Shown here piece after piece: positions 38,334 to 47,770 of a stretch of DNA of 64,000 nt. Numbering within the stretch: position 1 is the stretch's first letter; each line of letters begins with the position of its first letter. This DNA comes from Patescibacteria group bacterium. GTDB taxonomy: Bacteria > Patescibacteriota > Minisyncoccia > Phycocordibacterales > UBA918. The DNA is taken from assembly GCA_039188945.1 (NCBI GenBank), contig JBCCYW010000002.1, positions 26,449 to 90,448 of the forward strand, in the 5' to 3' direction. Under the pieces are notes generated by a model, which saw only the letters and a list, made by a program, of their open reading frames with translations, made no database searches and was not told where the DNA came from. The translations under genes and the position numbers were made by a program.

Positions 38334-38636
38334 GTGAGAAATATAATCACAAGTCCGCAAACCAAGACGGCTTCTGACGAAATTGTCGAGGCGCAAAAGA
38401 GTGAAATACTCTTAATCATGACAAGTACTCTCGAGAGACAGGGCAAAGGAGCACAGCTGCAAACCTTGACTGAGTTGGCTGAGGAGTGCTCCATGGCCTT
38501 AGCAGCCGAAGCAACGGTTCAAGGCCTTTGTGGTGACCCGTTCGATGAGGAACAACTTCGCGACGCCGTCTTAGGCTGGTTGTTATGTAAGGTTGGCGGC
38601 TTTAGCGACAATCCTGAAAACAAAACCGTCCACTAG
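38334..38636 (+). CDS. Hypothetical protein (GTG start)
   Basis: RBS agagaggga. Flanked by repeated CACCTAGCAAC motifs. Confidence 0.35.
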   Translation: MRNIITSPQTKTASDEIVEAQKSEILLIMTSTLERQGKGAQLQTLTELAEECSMALAAEATVQGLCGDPFDEEQLRDAVLGWLLCKVGGFSDNPENKTVH

Positions 38637-38835
38637 AGAGCGGCCCTGCAGACTGCTCTTTGGGAAGCGATACGTTCGCTTCCCTCCACCTAGCAACCAC
38701 GCACTATAGAAAAAGGAGGAGACGTTGCAGTACAGAGAGTTTTGGATCATTTCGTTGATCAGAAGATTTATCGTCTGGTGTCTAGAACCAGAGAGGAGTG
38801 AGGAGCGCGCGCGCGATCCTCACGAAGACACTGGA

Positions 38836-38880
38836 TCACGCCTCGGGTGAGCCTCTACTGGCTCACCCAACCCCGTTTTT
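38836..38880 (+). terminator. Rho-independent terminator
   Basis: gggtgagccTCTACTggctcaccc followed by aaccccgttttttg. Confidence 0.6.
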
Positions 38881-39243
38881 TGACAACAACATACATTACT
38901 TATTCTCAAGCGGTTTTATGAGGGAGGGACAGATGAAAAACTGCGAACCATGTCAAAAGAATCGCGAACGATTTGAGGCAGGACTGAACATTTTGGTTAT
39001 AACTGCCGTCTGGATTATTAGCTGGTTTCTGAAAGAACCAGACTTCTCACAAGACGAGTGAAGCCCCGGCGACCACTCCTGGTCGCCACCGTTTTAGAGT
39101 AAGTAATAACTAACTTCAGGTTTCTGAAATTTCCTGTGAGAAGCTGGTGGAGCTACCGCATTTGAGATATGCAAGTAGACACCTTTCACCGAGCGTTTGT
39201 GTAAGCACTGCGCTCAACTGTGAAAGTCCCCCGGACTTTCACA

Positions 39244-39637
39244 GGGGATGACAGGCATCGACGGTTAGCGGTTTAAATATATGTGCAGTGTCGCAGCTGA
39301 ATACTGACTGCGTTACAACAGTGTTCACTTGTACGTGCAAAGAATAGCGTACCAAGCCCATACGCCAAGGCGTTTGGCTTCGCTCCCGCTGTAGCGTAAC
39401 TCTACGCTCGCCGAAGCGACATCAGACTACCCCACTTCTCATAAGGTAGCCCTGGTGTAATAACCATGAGAATATAGTCAACGATTGGTCAGGTCGTTGA
39501 TCGAATTTCTTATGACTCGAACCTAACGTGTTTTGTTACTTCTCAAGCTTTAGGTTTTAAATCAAAGGAGTGACTACGCACTGTAGACTCATGTATTTGC
39601 CCTAACTCGGACGGGGGTTCAACTCCCCCCATCTCCA
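39244..39637 (+). ncRNA. ssrA: tmRNA (ssrA), one-piece
   Basis: 5' GGGGATGACAGGCATCGACGG (compare E. coli GGGGCUGAUUCUGGAUUCGACGGG). The 3' tRNA-like end is GGACGGGGGTTCAACTCCCCC-CATCTCC-A, whose acceptor strand pairs with the 5' end. Candidate tag ORF GCA AAG...GTA GCG TAA encodes (A)KNSVPSPYAKAFGFAPAVA. Confidence 0.8.
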
Positions 39638-41152
39638 CATACTGGGAACCTTTAGACGGTTTCTGCTTAAATAACCTTACTGGTATTGATAGATTTCCGG
39701 TTCCAAAACCATTTTCTGGACTATACGTGATAGGTTCGTTAAAGACTAGTTTTAGAACTAGTCTTTTTCGTTGAAAATCACCTTCTATCCAGTATTTGCT
39801 TGGATTCTTCAATATAGAAAATACTGCCTGTAATGCGGTTCCAAAATCTTCCTCCTCTACATTAGATTTCTTAGTTGCAGCCAGTAGTTTTTGTCTCTCA
39901 TCATCTATTTCTTCTACGCGCTTCTCATAAGCTCTCGCCACCTTTTCCTTGTCAGCACCGGCTACTCGACTGATTAACCTGTTCTGTTCTTCATCTAGTT
40001 CCTTCAACTGTCTATGAGCTTTGTTGATCTTTGCTTTTAGTTGAGCCGCCCGACTATTCCACTCTTCAAGAAAGATAGCTTCTACTAGTCCCGTCGCATT
40101 TTCTGAAGGTTGTAGTTTCTTAAGTAAGGAAACAAACTGTTTTTCCATCTTATGACCATTGAAACTCTTCTTGCAGCTATCGCAGTTCTTTTCGTTTCTA
40201 CCTCGATAGTACGGATATTTTTTTGTCCTACCCACACTCCAACTAGCCGTCATTGGAGTACCGCATGCTTCACAACAAACAAACCCCTTAGTGGAAAGTC
40301 TGGATTATCATTCTTTCGCTTCTTGAGTATCGGTTTACCAGCAACTATTGCATCCAATTTCTCCAGAATTTCGTCATTGATAATTGCTTCATGGTGACCC
40401 TTTCTCCTATCAATATCCCATTTTGGATACTCAATATAGCCAGCATACAAAACTCTTCTTTCAATCAACCTATCGACTAACGATAAGTGTATGGCCTTTC
40501 CATCCTTGAAGTCATGTCTGGTTAGGAAATTTTTCACTTCAGTCCTACTCAGAAACCTTCCGTTTGCAAAACCCTCAAGTGCTTCAAACACTAGAACGGA
40601 CTTTATTTCATCCTTAACCAAGAGCCACCCACCCAGAGCGTGCTGCTGGCGTTTATAACCAGGTATAACAGAACCAAAAGTCCAGTACCCCTTTTCCATA
40701 CGAGCTTTCATTTTTTGTATTACCTGAACTCGATTAGTTCTTCTTTCGTTTTCATTAAATACAGCAGATATGGCCTCATGTAACCAGGTACTTTCATCAT
40801 CCTTGAATTCAAAATTTGGGGAATCAACAATGGCTCCAAGTTTTTTAAAATGATCCCTGAGTTGCCAGTGACTAATAGTATCTCTGGCTAACCTTTTTAA
40901 ATCATCGAAAATAACCACATACTCTTTGTGTCCGTTGTCAGCAATATACTCCAGCATTTCAGCCATCTTTGGTCTCTTCATGTAGTCACCACCGCCAGTG
41001 AAACTGTCAGGAAACACACGCTCAACCTTATATCCAAGTCTAGCTGCGTATTCGCGGCACCTATGTTCTTGGCTATCAAGACCATGTCCGTCATTCTTTT
41101 GACGTTCAGATGAAACCCTACAATAAATTAAAGCCTTCCTTTCCATAATCAA
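39543..41152 (-). pseudogene. Large serine recombinase, split by a frameshift
   Basis: 40250-41152 encodes the resolvase catalytic domain (ALIYCRVSSERQ, catalytic Ser) and recombinase domain. 39543-40253 encodes the zinc-ribbon CxxC...CxxC and coiled-coil region in another frame. The junction lies in aaggggtttgtttgttgtg, where frame A reads GLFVV* and frame B reads GFVCCEACG. The last roughly 30 codons are antisense to the tmRNA 3' end. Confidence 0.75.
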
Positions 41153-41352
41153 AATGTATCGTATTTAGAAAACTCCTCGTCCAAGATTCCAACAATCAAT
41201 TCTTGTAATCCATCACGAATATCTTCGATTTCTTTATCGCTTAACTTAGTTTCGCCCAGATATTTTCGACATTCTTCGATAGACAACATAAAAAGCATCT
41301 CGCCTGAGATGCCTCCTACTTTCGGTACACAACACAAGGAAATAGGAAGCAC
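41149..41352 (-). CDS. Small hypothetical protein overlapping the recombinase start (possible excisionase/RDF-like accessory)
   Basis: Overlaps the recombinase by 4 nt (ATGA). Acidic C-terminus. No family recognised. Confidence 0.3.
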   Translation of the reverse strand: MLPISLCCVPKVGGISGEMLFMLSIEECRKYLGETKLSDKEIEDIRDGLQELIVGILDEEFSKYDTF

Positions 41353-41476
41353 TACAGACTTCTTTATTCCCTGAAATTATGTGCTTAGCTTCTAACGCTA
41401 AGTTGTACTTAAATACTAAGTGGCTCTTCTGCACTCCGCAAACAGTAGTGCGTGGATAGTATTTAAAATGCAGTAA

Positions 41477-41815
41477 CTAGTTACAGTTTGTTGCTTCAGA
41501 TTTACCGACAGTGTACGTTCCATTTGAACCATTTTGAATACTCTCTTTCTCCTCTGGCAAATATGCAAACACTGTTACCTCATCGGCATTTAAAAGATAT
41601 TTGTCCCGAATGAAATCCAATGTTCGCTGATATGCTCCTGAGTTATCGATGACAACATACACTGTTTCTCTTTTACATCCAGGATATGAATCATCTCTCA
41701 CTGTTACAACCTCGTAGTCCAAAGGTTTAAACGTGCTTGTGGAGCCCAAATTCTCGTTCTGGGACTCTGGAACTAGTGAACCTATAAAGATAGGGCTAGT
41801 ATCCCAAACGTGCAA
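41477..41815 (-). CDS. Hypothetical protein (island cargo)
   Basis: 112 aa. First gene of the minus-strand island operon. No family recognised. Confidence 0.35.
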   Translation of the reverse strand: MHVWDTSPIFIGSLVPESQNENLGSTSTFKPLDYEVVTVRDDSYPGCKRETVYVVIDNSGAYQRTLDFIRDKYLLNADEVTVFAYLPEEKESIQNGSNGTYTVGKSEATNCN

Positions 41816-42011
41816 TATATAAATTTTTTCATGGTTACCGGCTTATTGTTTCTAAAGCACTATAAAACCCTCACCAAGGTTTTATAGTCCGAAGACCAGC
41901 CGGTAACCAAACACAGCCCTTGATGAGGGGTTTATAAGTTTGGTTACCGGCTTTATTCAGTTGTGAGTAGATTATGCCATAGTAATTCATGATTTACACT
42001 TTTAGTGTATA

Positions 42012-43217
42012 GTGTCCTTCATGAGCTTCTTCAATGAAGAAAACGTTCCTGGATTCATTCCTAAAGTTATGGACGGAAAGATAACTGAGTGGACTGATGG
42101 TATGGACTTCTTAGCGATTGATTTAAACCACGTGAAATGGCGTGGGAATGTTCTACCGTTATTGCGTGACCATACACCAAAACTACTTGTTGATCCTGTG
42201 ACTCACAAGGCGTTCTTTTCTGACGCAAAATCAAAAACAAACTTCCAAAAAATTGGCTATCCTGATATCGAACCTGAGTTACTGTATTCGGAAAAACGTC
42301 ACCGTTCTGAATTTATTGAACTCTCAGTGAATGAACAATTGACTGCGGGAGCAAATGCCATAATTGCACCCTACCTATACACTCCAGACACAGACGACAC
42401 AAAGTTTGCAGTTAATTTAACTCTGCTGTCAGAGACTTTGGTCTACCTGGAGCAAAACGAGATTGATTTACCAGTATTTGCAAAAATTTGTACTCACTCT
42501 CAAATACTCACCAGACAATTAGTTATTAACAATATCGTCAGTCGATACTGTGATGACTACTCTGATAGATTGGAAGGTGTCATACTGAGCATCACTGATT
42601 TCGATGCGAGAAAGAACGATTTACCTCACCTTCTTGGTCTAGCTAATTTGGTACACCAACTTCAAGCACGCACTAAAGTTCTTCTATCTCCGATGGGTGG
42701 TTACGGGGAGGTCTTGTTGGCTTTAGGGGCAGCAGCTTTTTCGAGTGGCATCCATGAAAGTGAAGGGATTACAGTCAAACAGCTCCAAGAAGGGTCTGGT
42801 GGTAGTGAACATATTCACCAACGCATCTATATTCCGGAGATTTTAAATTACATCAACTACGAGGAAGCTGCAAAAATTGGCTACGTGGGTACCTCAACTG
42901 GTTGCAACATTGACTTTAATGATTCTGAACCATCTGCGGAAACAAAAAAGAGACACTATTTAAACAACAGAGTAGCTACAATCGCTACACTTAGAGGAAA
43001 AAGTCGGGAAGAAAAAATCAATTTGATGATTGGTAGTATTTCTTCTGCACAACGATTGCTCACAAGATATATTAGAGACCATGAACTTCTAGTAAGAAAT
43101 GACTTTCACGCGCGCTGGATTCAAGTACTAGAGCAAGCTCGAACTTGGAGCGATCCAGAAACAGACAATGAAGAACTTGAGGCGTTATTAGCAGAAATCG
43201 ATAAGTCAGATGATTAA
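42012..43217 (+). CDS. Hypothetical 401-aa protein, upstream partner of the PIN protein
   Basis: No recognisable catalytic motif. Predicted cytoplasmic. Its stop overlaps the PIN gene start by 8 nt, suggesting translational coupling. Confidence 0.5.
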   Translation: MSFMSFFNEENVPGFIPKVMDGKITEWTDGMDFLAIDLNHVKWRGNVLPLLRDHTPKLLVDPVTHKAFFSDAKSKTNFQKIGYPDIEPELLYSEKRHRSEFIELSVNEQLTAGANAIIAPYLYTPDTDDTKFAVNLTLLSETLVYLEQNEIDLPVFAKICTHSQILTRQLVINNIVSRYCDDYSDRLEGVILSITDFDARKNDLPHLLGLANLVHQLQARTKVLLSPMGGYGEVLLALGAAAFSSGIHESEGITVKQLQEGSGGSEHIHQRIYIPEILNYINYEEAAKIGYVGTSTGCNIDFNDSEPSAETKKRHYLNNRVATIATLRGKSREEKINLMIGSISSAQRLLTRYIRDHELLVRNDFHARWIQVLEQARTWSDPETDNEELEALLAEIDKSDD

Positions 43218-43671
43218 GATTGTTCCAGACACAAATGTCTTAGTGGGGAGCATGCTTGGCGGAGGAGGACCGAAGCGTTGGGTAATCAATCTAGCTCTCG
43301 AGAAAAAAATAGCTCTCTATGGTTCTTCGGTCTCTTATGCTGAATTTATGGATGTCATTCAGCGTGAAGAATTCAAACCATATCTTGAGAAGCAAATTTA
43401 TACTGTTGAGAAATTAGAGCATGACTACAAATCAGTCATTACGATAGTTGATACTGAAGGTGTTTATGAAGGAATTACCATTACTGAAGACCCAGATGAT
43501 GACGAATACTTTAGAATCGCAAAAGCTGAAGGAATAAAAGTTATTGTTTCTGAAGATAACCACTTAAGGAAAGTAGGGAGATACGAGGATATTAGAGTAG
43601 TGACAGCAAAACAATTTACAGACTCCTACATCTCAGCTATCGCAAAGACTGAACATCCTTCTTCAAACTAG
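43210..43671 (+). CDS. PIN-domain protein (putative toxin-antitoxin toxin component, PIN family, TIGR00305-like)
   Basis: IVPDTNVLVGSML first acidic motif, ITEDPDDDEYFRIAKAEG, and IVSEDNHL: conserved Asp/Glu positions of PIN nucleases. Confidence 0.7.
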   Translation: MIKIVPDTNVLVGSMLGGGGPKRWVINLALEKKIALYGSSVSYAEFMDVIQREEFKPYLEKQIYTVEKLEHDYKSVITIVDTEGVYEGITITEDPDDDEYFRIAKAEGIKVIVSEDNHLRKVGRYEDIRVVTAKQFTDSYISAIAKTEHPSSN

Positions 43672-44320
43672 CGCTCCAAAAATACTCTGAGGCGTAATCC
43701 CTTTTATTTAAATTGAAAGGCGTAATCCTTTTTGCAGCGACTGGATAATACTTCGCTTCAGTATCAACATCGAAACCAATCAGCCCAACTCCATACTTCC
43801 TAACTTCTGATACTGGTATGTTTTTAATTATCTTACTAGGTACCGCCAAATAAGATCTATGTGCGAATGATTTATAACGAGCAGCCTGCTGTAGACCTTT
43901 TTTCCAATCATGAAGTTTTGCTTCAATAGCAATGAGTTCTTTCGATATAGGTAGCCATCCGTTAATTTTCAGATAGTAGCTTTTTTCCACCTCTCGAATA
44001 TATCCAGCTTTTTTTAGCCTCGGGATAACAGAGTACCTCAATGTTCCTCTGGACATTGAGATTTGTGCTTCGATTTCTGAGATATGAGTTGGTACATCCG
44101 TATGTTCGTAGTCGGCAATCTTATCCAGAATTTTAAAGTAGTTCTCACTGAGAAGTCTCGTGTGTTGATTATGTCCTAAGCGCTTCAATACCTTGCCTCT
44201 GTTGGGTTTAAATAAAACTAAATCAGCAATTCCATAACCAACACCAACCTCCCGATTGGTGTAAAAACCATCTTTAATGAACTGTTTTTCTAATTGCCTA
44301 ACGAAAAATGCTTCGGTCAT
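43637..44320 (-). CDS. PD-(D/E)xK-like nuclease-fold protein with a possible inserted winged helix
   Basis: GIADLVLFK and LIAIEAK segments resemble motifs II/III of Hjc/restriction-endonuclease-like folds. By-eye assignment only. Confidence 0.35.
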   Translation of the reverse strand: MTEAFFVRQLEKQFIKDGFYTNREVGVGYGIADLVLFKPNRGKVLKRLGHNQHTRLLSENYFKILDKIADYEHTDVPTHISEIEAQISMSRGTLRYSVIPRLKKAGYIREVEKSYYLKINGWLPISKELIAIEAKLHDWKKGLQQAARYKSFAHRSYLAVPSKIIKNIPVSEVRKYGVGLIGFDVDTEAKYYPVAAKRITPFNLNKRDYASEYFWSASLKKDVQSLR

Positions 44321-44334
44321 ACAATGGCCATTAC

Positions 44335-44826
44335 TTATACTCTAACATTTTGACTAATTACAGGTGAGACAGTTGTATACACTGGCTCAGAGTGCGAAAA
44401 TTCATTCGGCATCTTCCACTTCAAATACGCCAAAGCTGCCCGCCAGTCTCCCTGCATCGTGAATGCATCAATAAATGCCTTCCTTGCTGACAACGTGGGT
44501 GTCATCCTGAAACTTTCGAGAGTGTTGCGAAATTCAGGATGTTTAGCACTAAAGCGATAGAATGAATCTCTCGAAATACCTGCGTAAAAACAAGCCTCTG
44601 TTACTGTGCAGTCGATGGCGAACGCACGTGCCAATTTCACAACAACTACCCCCGGGTCTACCCCTCCGAACGTCTTTCTACCTCTAGTGGTATTACTCGG
44701 TGTTGACACACATTTATCGGTTACTGCATCGGTGCAGTAACGTATAGTTCTATCTAACTCTTGGAGAGTTAGTATTCTATTACTAGTATGTGTATGTAAT
44801 GGAGTACTAATATCAAGCAAATACAA
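44335..44826 (-). CDS. HTH DNA-binding protein (phage terminase small subunit-like HTH)
   Basis: EACFYAGISRDSFYRFSAKHPEFRNTLE resembles the HTH of phage TerS/P27-type proteins. Confidence 0.35.
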   Translation of the reverse strand: MYLLDISTPLHTHTSNRILTLQELDRTIRYCTDAVTDKCVSTPSNTTRGRKTFGGVDPGVVVVKLARAFAIDCTVTEACFYAGISRDSFYRFSAKHPEFRNTLESFRMTPTLSARKAFIDAFTMQGDWRAALAYLKWKMPNEFSHSEPVYTTVSPVISQNVRV

Positions 44827-44979
44827 GGTTATTCTTCTCTTCTCCCTGCTCCTTTAGAACCACGTGCATATCAAATATCCACTGCTGCAATACATCCCAG
44901 TTCTCCCGCACCGTGTCCACCAATCTCTTCTTATTTGAACACAAAACCCTCACTTAACAGTGAGGGTTTTGTGTAGTAT

Positions 44980-46113
44980 CTAGATTTCTCTCAAAATATC
45001 TACCAGCTTTCTATTGACGTAAACTTTCTGTTTTTTGAAAGTCCCTGAATGTTCGATTACTCCAAGTTTTTCTAATATCTCTACGTAACGCTGAACAGTA
45101 GACGAAGGGATATCAGTGAATCTAACAATAAATGGAACAGTGAAGAAAGGATTGCAGAAACTGTAATCCAGGACTTTAATCAAGTTAATGTTTGTTGACT
45201 GAGCAGTCGCTTTTTCAAAAGCATCTTTATAAAGCGAATCAATTTTTAACACCAACTGTAGTGAAAGTTCTGCCTGAAACTGAATCCCCTTCAAGAAAAA
45301 CAGCAACCATGTCTTCCACTCCTCCTTTTTATCAACCTTAGAAAGTGCATCCATGTAATCACTTTTATTTTCTTCAAAATAACCACTTGGATACAAAATC
45401 GGCATATCAAGTAACCCTTGATCAACCAAATAGAGAGTGATTAACAGCCTACCGACACGTCCGTTACCATCTTCGAAAGGGTGAATTGCCTCAAAGCGAT
45501 GATGAATAACACCACACGCAACTAAAGGATTAGTCTTACCTGCATCTTTTACATATGAGGATAGTACTTCCATCATTTTTGGAACATGAACAGGATCTGG
45601 CGGTAAATAACGTGCTTTACCTTTACTTGTTCCCAACTTACCAATCCACACCTCTTTCTTCCGATACTCTCCAGGACTTTTATCTTCACCTCTCACACCA
45701 GTCATTAACGTCTTATGCATTTCACGAATTGCCATTTCATTTAACCCATACTTCTTCAGAGCTACTAACCCCTTCCTCATTGCAGACTCATAGTTTCTAA
45801 TCTCTAAAGCATCATTTCGCTTCTCAGCGGTCTGCTCAGTAAGATCAATTTGATACGCGTCTACAATGGAGGCCTGAGTTCCCTCAAGCTGAGAACTTGA
45901 CTCTGCTTCCTTTGCAAGAATAGGTGCCATAAGTAAATCAGGGTTCTGTAATAACCTTGAAGTTTGTAACAAACTCTTAACAGCACCCTGTGTTTCTGCA
46001 AGTTGATTCGCAAAATCTTCATCATAGATTTCACCTAACTTTGGAGGGAAAACGTGTTCTAAAAGTGTTTTTGACATTAACCCGAATATAGCATTTTCTG
46101 GGTTAATTGTCAC
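44980..46113 (-). CDS. Fic-family protein (AMPylase/adenylyltransferase), class II with N-terminal inhibitory motif
   Basis: Fic motif HPFEDGNGRVGR. Inhibitory-helix motif SSQLEG matches [ST]xxxE[GN]. C-terminal winged-helix extension. Confidence 0.85.
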   Translation of the reverse strand: MTINPENAIFGLMSKTLLEHVFPPKLGEIYDEDFANQLAETQGAVKSLLQTSRLLQNPDLLMAPILAKEAESSSQLEGTQASIVDAYQIDLTEQTAEKRNDALEIRNYESAMRKGLVALKKYGLNEMAIREMHKTLMTGVRGEDKSPGEYRKKEVWIGKLGTSKGKARYLPPDPVHVPKMMEVLSSYVKDAGKTNPLVACGVIHHRFEAIHPFEDGNGRVGRLLITLYLVDQGLLDMPILYPSGYFEENKSDYMDALSKVDKKEEWKTWLLFFLKGIQFQAELSLQLVLKIDSLYKDAFEKATAQSTNINLIKVLDYSFCNPFFTVPFIVRFTDIPSSTVQRYVEILEKLGVIEHSGTFKKQKVYVNRKLVDILREI

Positions 46114-46341
46114 ACATTAACTCATAACTGGGTTGATCTCAACTCATCGACCCATAAATACAAAAATCTGACTTGGTGTTTAAAGTCTAAGAAGTCATTG
46201 ATTGTATTGCGATTTAACCAATTTTCTATATATTGGTTTAGGGTGCACAGATCTCCACATAACGGAAATTAAAAGCTAGCTTTATGCTGGCTTTTAATTT
46301 TGGTGTAGTATAGAAAATACAATAATACTTTTGACTGCATT

Positions 46342-47361
46342 ATGAACAACCCTCTTCTTAACGGCCTTCTAATCTTCTCGATCCTCCTCGCGCTGGCCTG
46401 GGTCGGAGGCGATATTTTACTGCCGGTCATTTTCGCCTTCCTCTTATGGGTGATTATCACTGCCTGGAATAAACAATTTGCCAAAATCACCTTCCACGGA
46501 AAGTTTATTCCTCGTCGCCTGCAGAATGCTCTCTCATTTATTGCATTCATTGGTATTTTGTTTGTCTTAGCCAACCTACTTGCTTTTGACTTACAACAAT
46601 TCAGCAACGTCTACCCAGAGCTTGAAGCCAACCTCGAGGAGCGAGCAATCAGTATTGAAGCAGCGATTGGCATTAATCTTACGGCACTGGTGGAAGATAA
46701 TCTCGCGACTGTCGATTTTCAAAGCGTCGCAGCCAACGTCGCCAATGCAGCCACCTCCCTCTCCACCACCATCTTCACGGTTTTGGTTTACTTACTCTAT
46801 ATCTTTGGTGAACAAAAATACGCCCAAGCGAAACTTAAGGCGGCGAGCGGAGACGAATATGAATCACAACACGCGCTTTTTTCTGACATCATCGCTAGTA
46901 TCGAGCAATACATAAGTATCAAAACCGCGATCAGTGCCCTGACTGGACTTCTCTCTTATGGAGTAATGTTGGCGGTAGGTCTTGAATTTGCCTTTGTCTG
47001 GGCATTTATTATTTTCATTATGAACTTTATTCCTAGCATCGGTTCTATTATCGCTACGATTTTCCCCGTCGCTTTTGCGTTTGTGAGCTTTAGCACCTGG
47101 TGGCCAGCCCTAGTGCTGCTGATTGTTATCGGTGCCATTCAGCTCTACGTTGGGAATGTACTTGAACCAAAATATCTTGGCAAAAAACTTAATGTGAGTT
47201 CGTTGCTACTATTCTTCTCACTGTTTTTCTGGGGTGCAATCTGGGGTATTCCTGGCATGTTTATCTCTGTGCCTCTGACCGTCATCATTATGATTGTCCT
47301 CTCGCGTATTCCCGCCACTCGTTCGATTGGTATTTGGATGTCGGGCGATGGAGTGGTGTAA
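46342..47361 (+). CDS. AI-2E family transporter (PerM/YhhT, UPF0118)
   Basis: 8 TM. Conserved NFIPSIGSIIATIFPV and GNVLEPKYLGKKLNVSSLLLFFSLFFWGAIWGIPGMFISVPLT. Confidence 0.8.
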   Translation: MNNPLLNGLLIFSILLALAWVGGDILLPVIFAFLLWVIITAWNKQFAKITFHGKFIPRRLQNALSFIAFIGILFVLANLLAFDLQQFSNVYPELEANLEERAISIEAAIGINLTALVEDNLATVDFQSVAANVANAATSLSTTIFTVLVYLLYIFGEQKYAQAKLKAASGDEYESQHALFSDIIASIEQYISIKTAISALTGLLSYGVMLAVGLEFAFVWAFIIFIMNFIPSIGSIIATIFPVAFAFVSFSTWWPALVLLIVIGAIQLYVGNVLEPKYLGKKLNVSSLLLFFSLFFWGAIWGIPGMFISVPLTVIIMIVLSRIPATRSIGIWMSGDGVV

Positions 47362-47365
47362 CAGT

Positions 47366-47722
47366 CTAGGGAGTCTGTCGTAAAATGGCATTCATCGGCT
47401 TCCCTTTGGCAAGTTCATCAATCAGCTTATCGAGATAGCGAATTTCGCGCATAGTTTTCTCTTTGATTCCTTCGACTCGGACTCCACAGACAACGCCAGT
47501 GATGTGCTTACGCTTTGGATTCAATTTCGGAGCGTTTTTGAAGAAGGTCTTGAAATCAGTTTTGTTGCGTAATTCCTGAGCAAAACTTTGGCTGTTGTGG
47601 CCGGTAAGCCAGTAAATAATTTTATTCACCTCGCGCTTCGTGCGTCCTTTCTTCTCCGCCTTCGCGACGTAGTGTGGGTACACACTGGCAAAACTCATTT
47701 TATATACCGGATGATTCTCCAT
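47366..47722 (-). CDS. Hypothetical conserved small protein (possibly DUF2200-like)
   Basis: 118 aa. [18 protein letters not shown] block. Low-confidence family guess. Confidence 0.4.
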   Translation of the reverse strand: MENHPVYKMSFASVYPHYVAKAEKKGRTKREVNKIIYWLTGHNSQSFAQELRNKTDFKTFFKNAPKLNPKRKHITGVVCGVRVEGIKEKTMREIRYLDKLIDELAKGKPMNAILRQTP

Positions 47723-47770
47723 TTTTAAACTATAGCACCTTAAAAATGCGTCCTGTTATACTACTTCCAT

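Larger units (their letters stand above)
39638..46261. mobile_element. Integrated genomic island at the tmRNA 3' end, bounded by 11-bp direct repeats
   Basis: ATCTCCACATA occurs at 39631-39641 (tmRNA 3' end) and at 46251-46261. The interval is visibly AT-richer than its flanks. A large serine recombinase gene abuts the tmRNA, and the cargo consists of nuclease, PIN and Fic genes. Confidence 0.6.

Noticed and set aside
38798-39061. 87-aa track ORF between the hypothetical gene and tmRNA
   Set aside because: It spans a canonical rho-independent terminator (38836-38880) and a second hairpin, and has no RBS. More likely non-coding 3' or intergenic sequence.
46269-46607. 112-aa minus-strand ORF
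   Set aside because: Lies antisense over the start of the well-supported AI-2E transporter gene and the island's right boundary. Shadow ORF.
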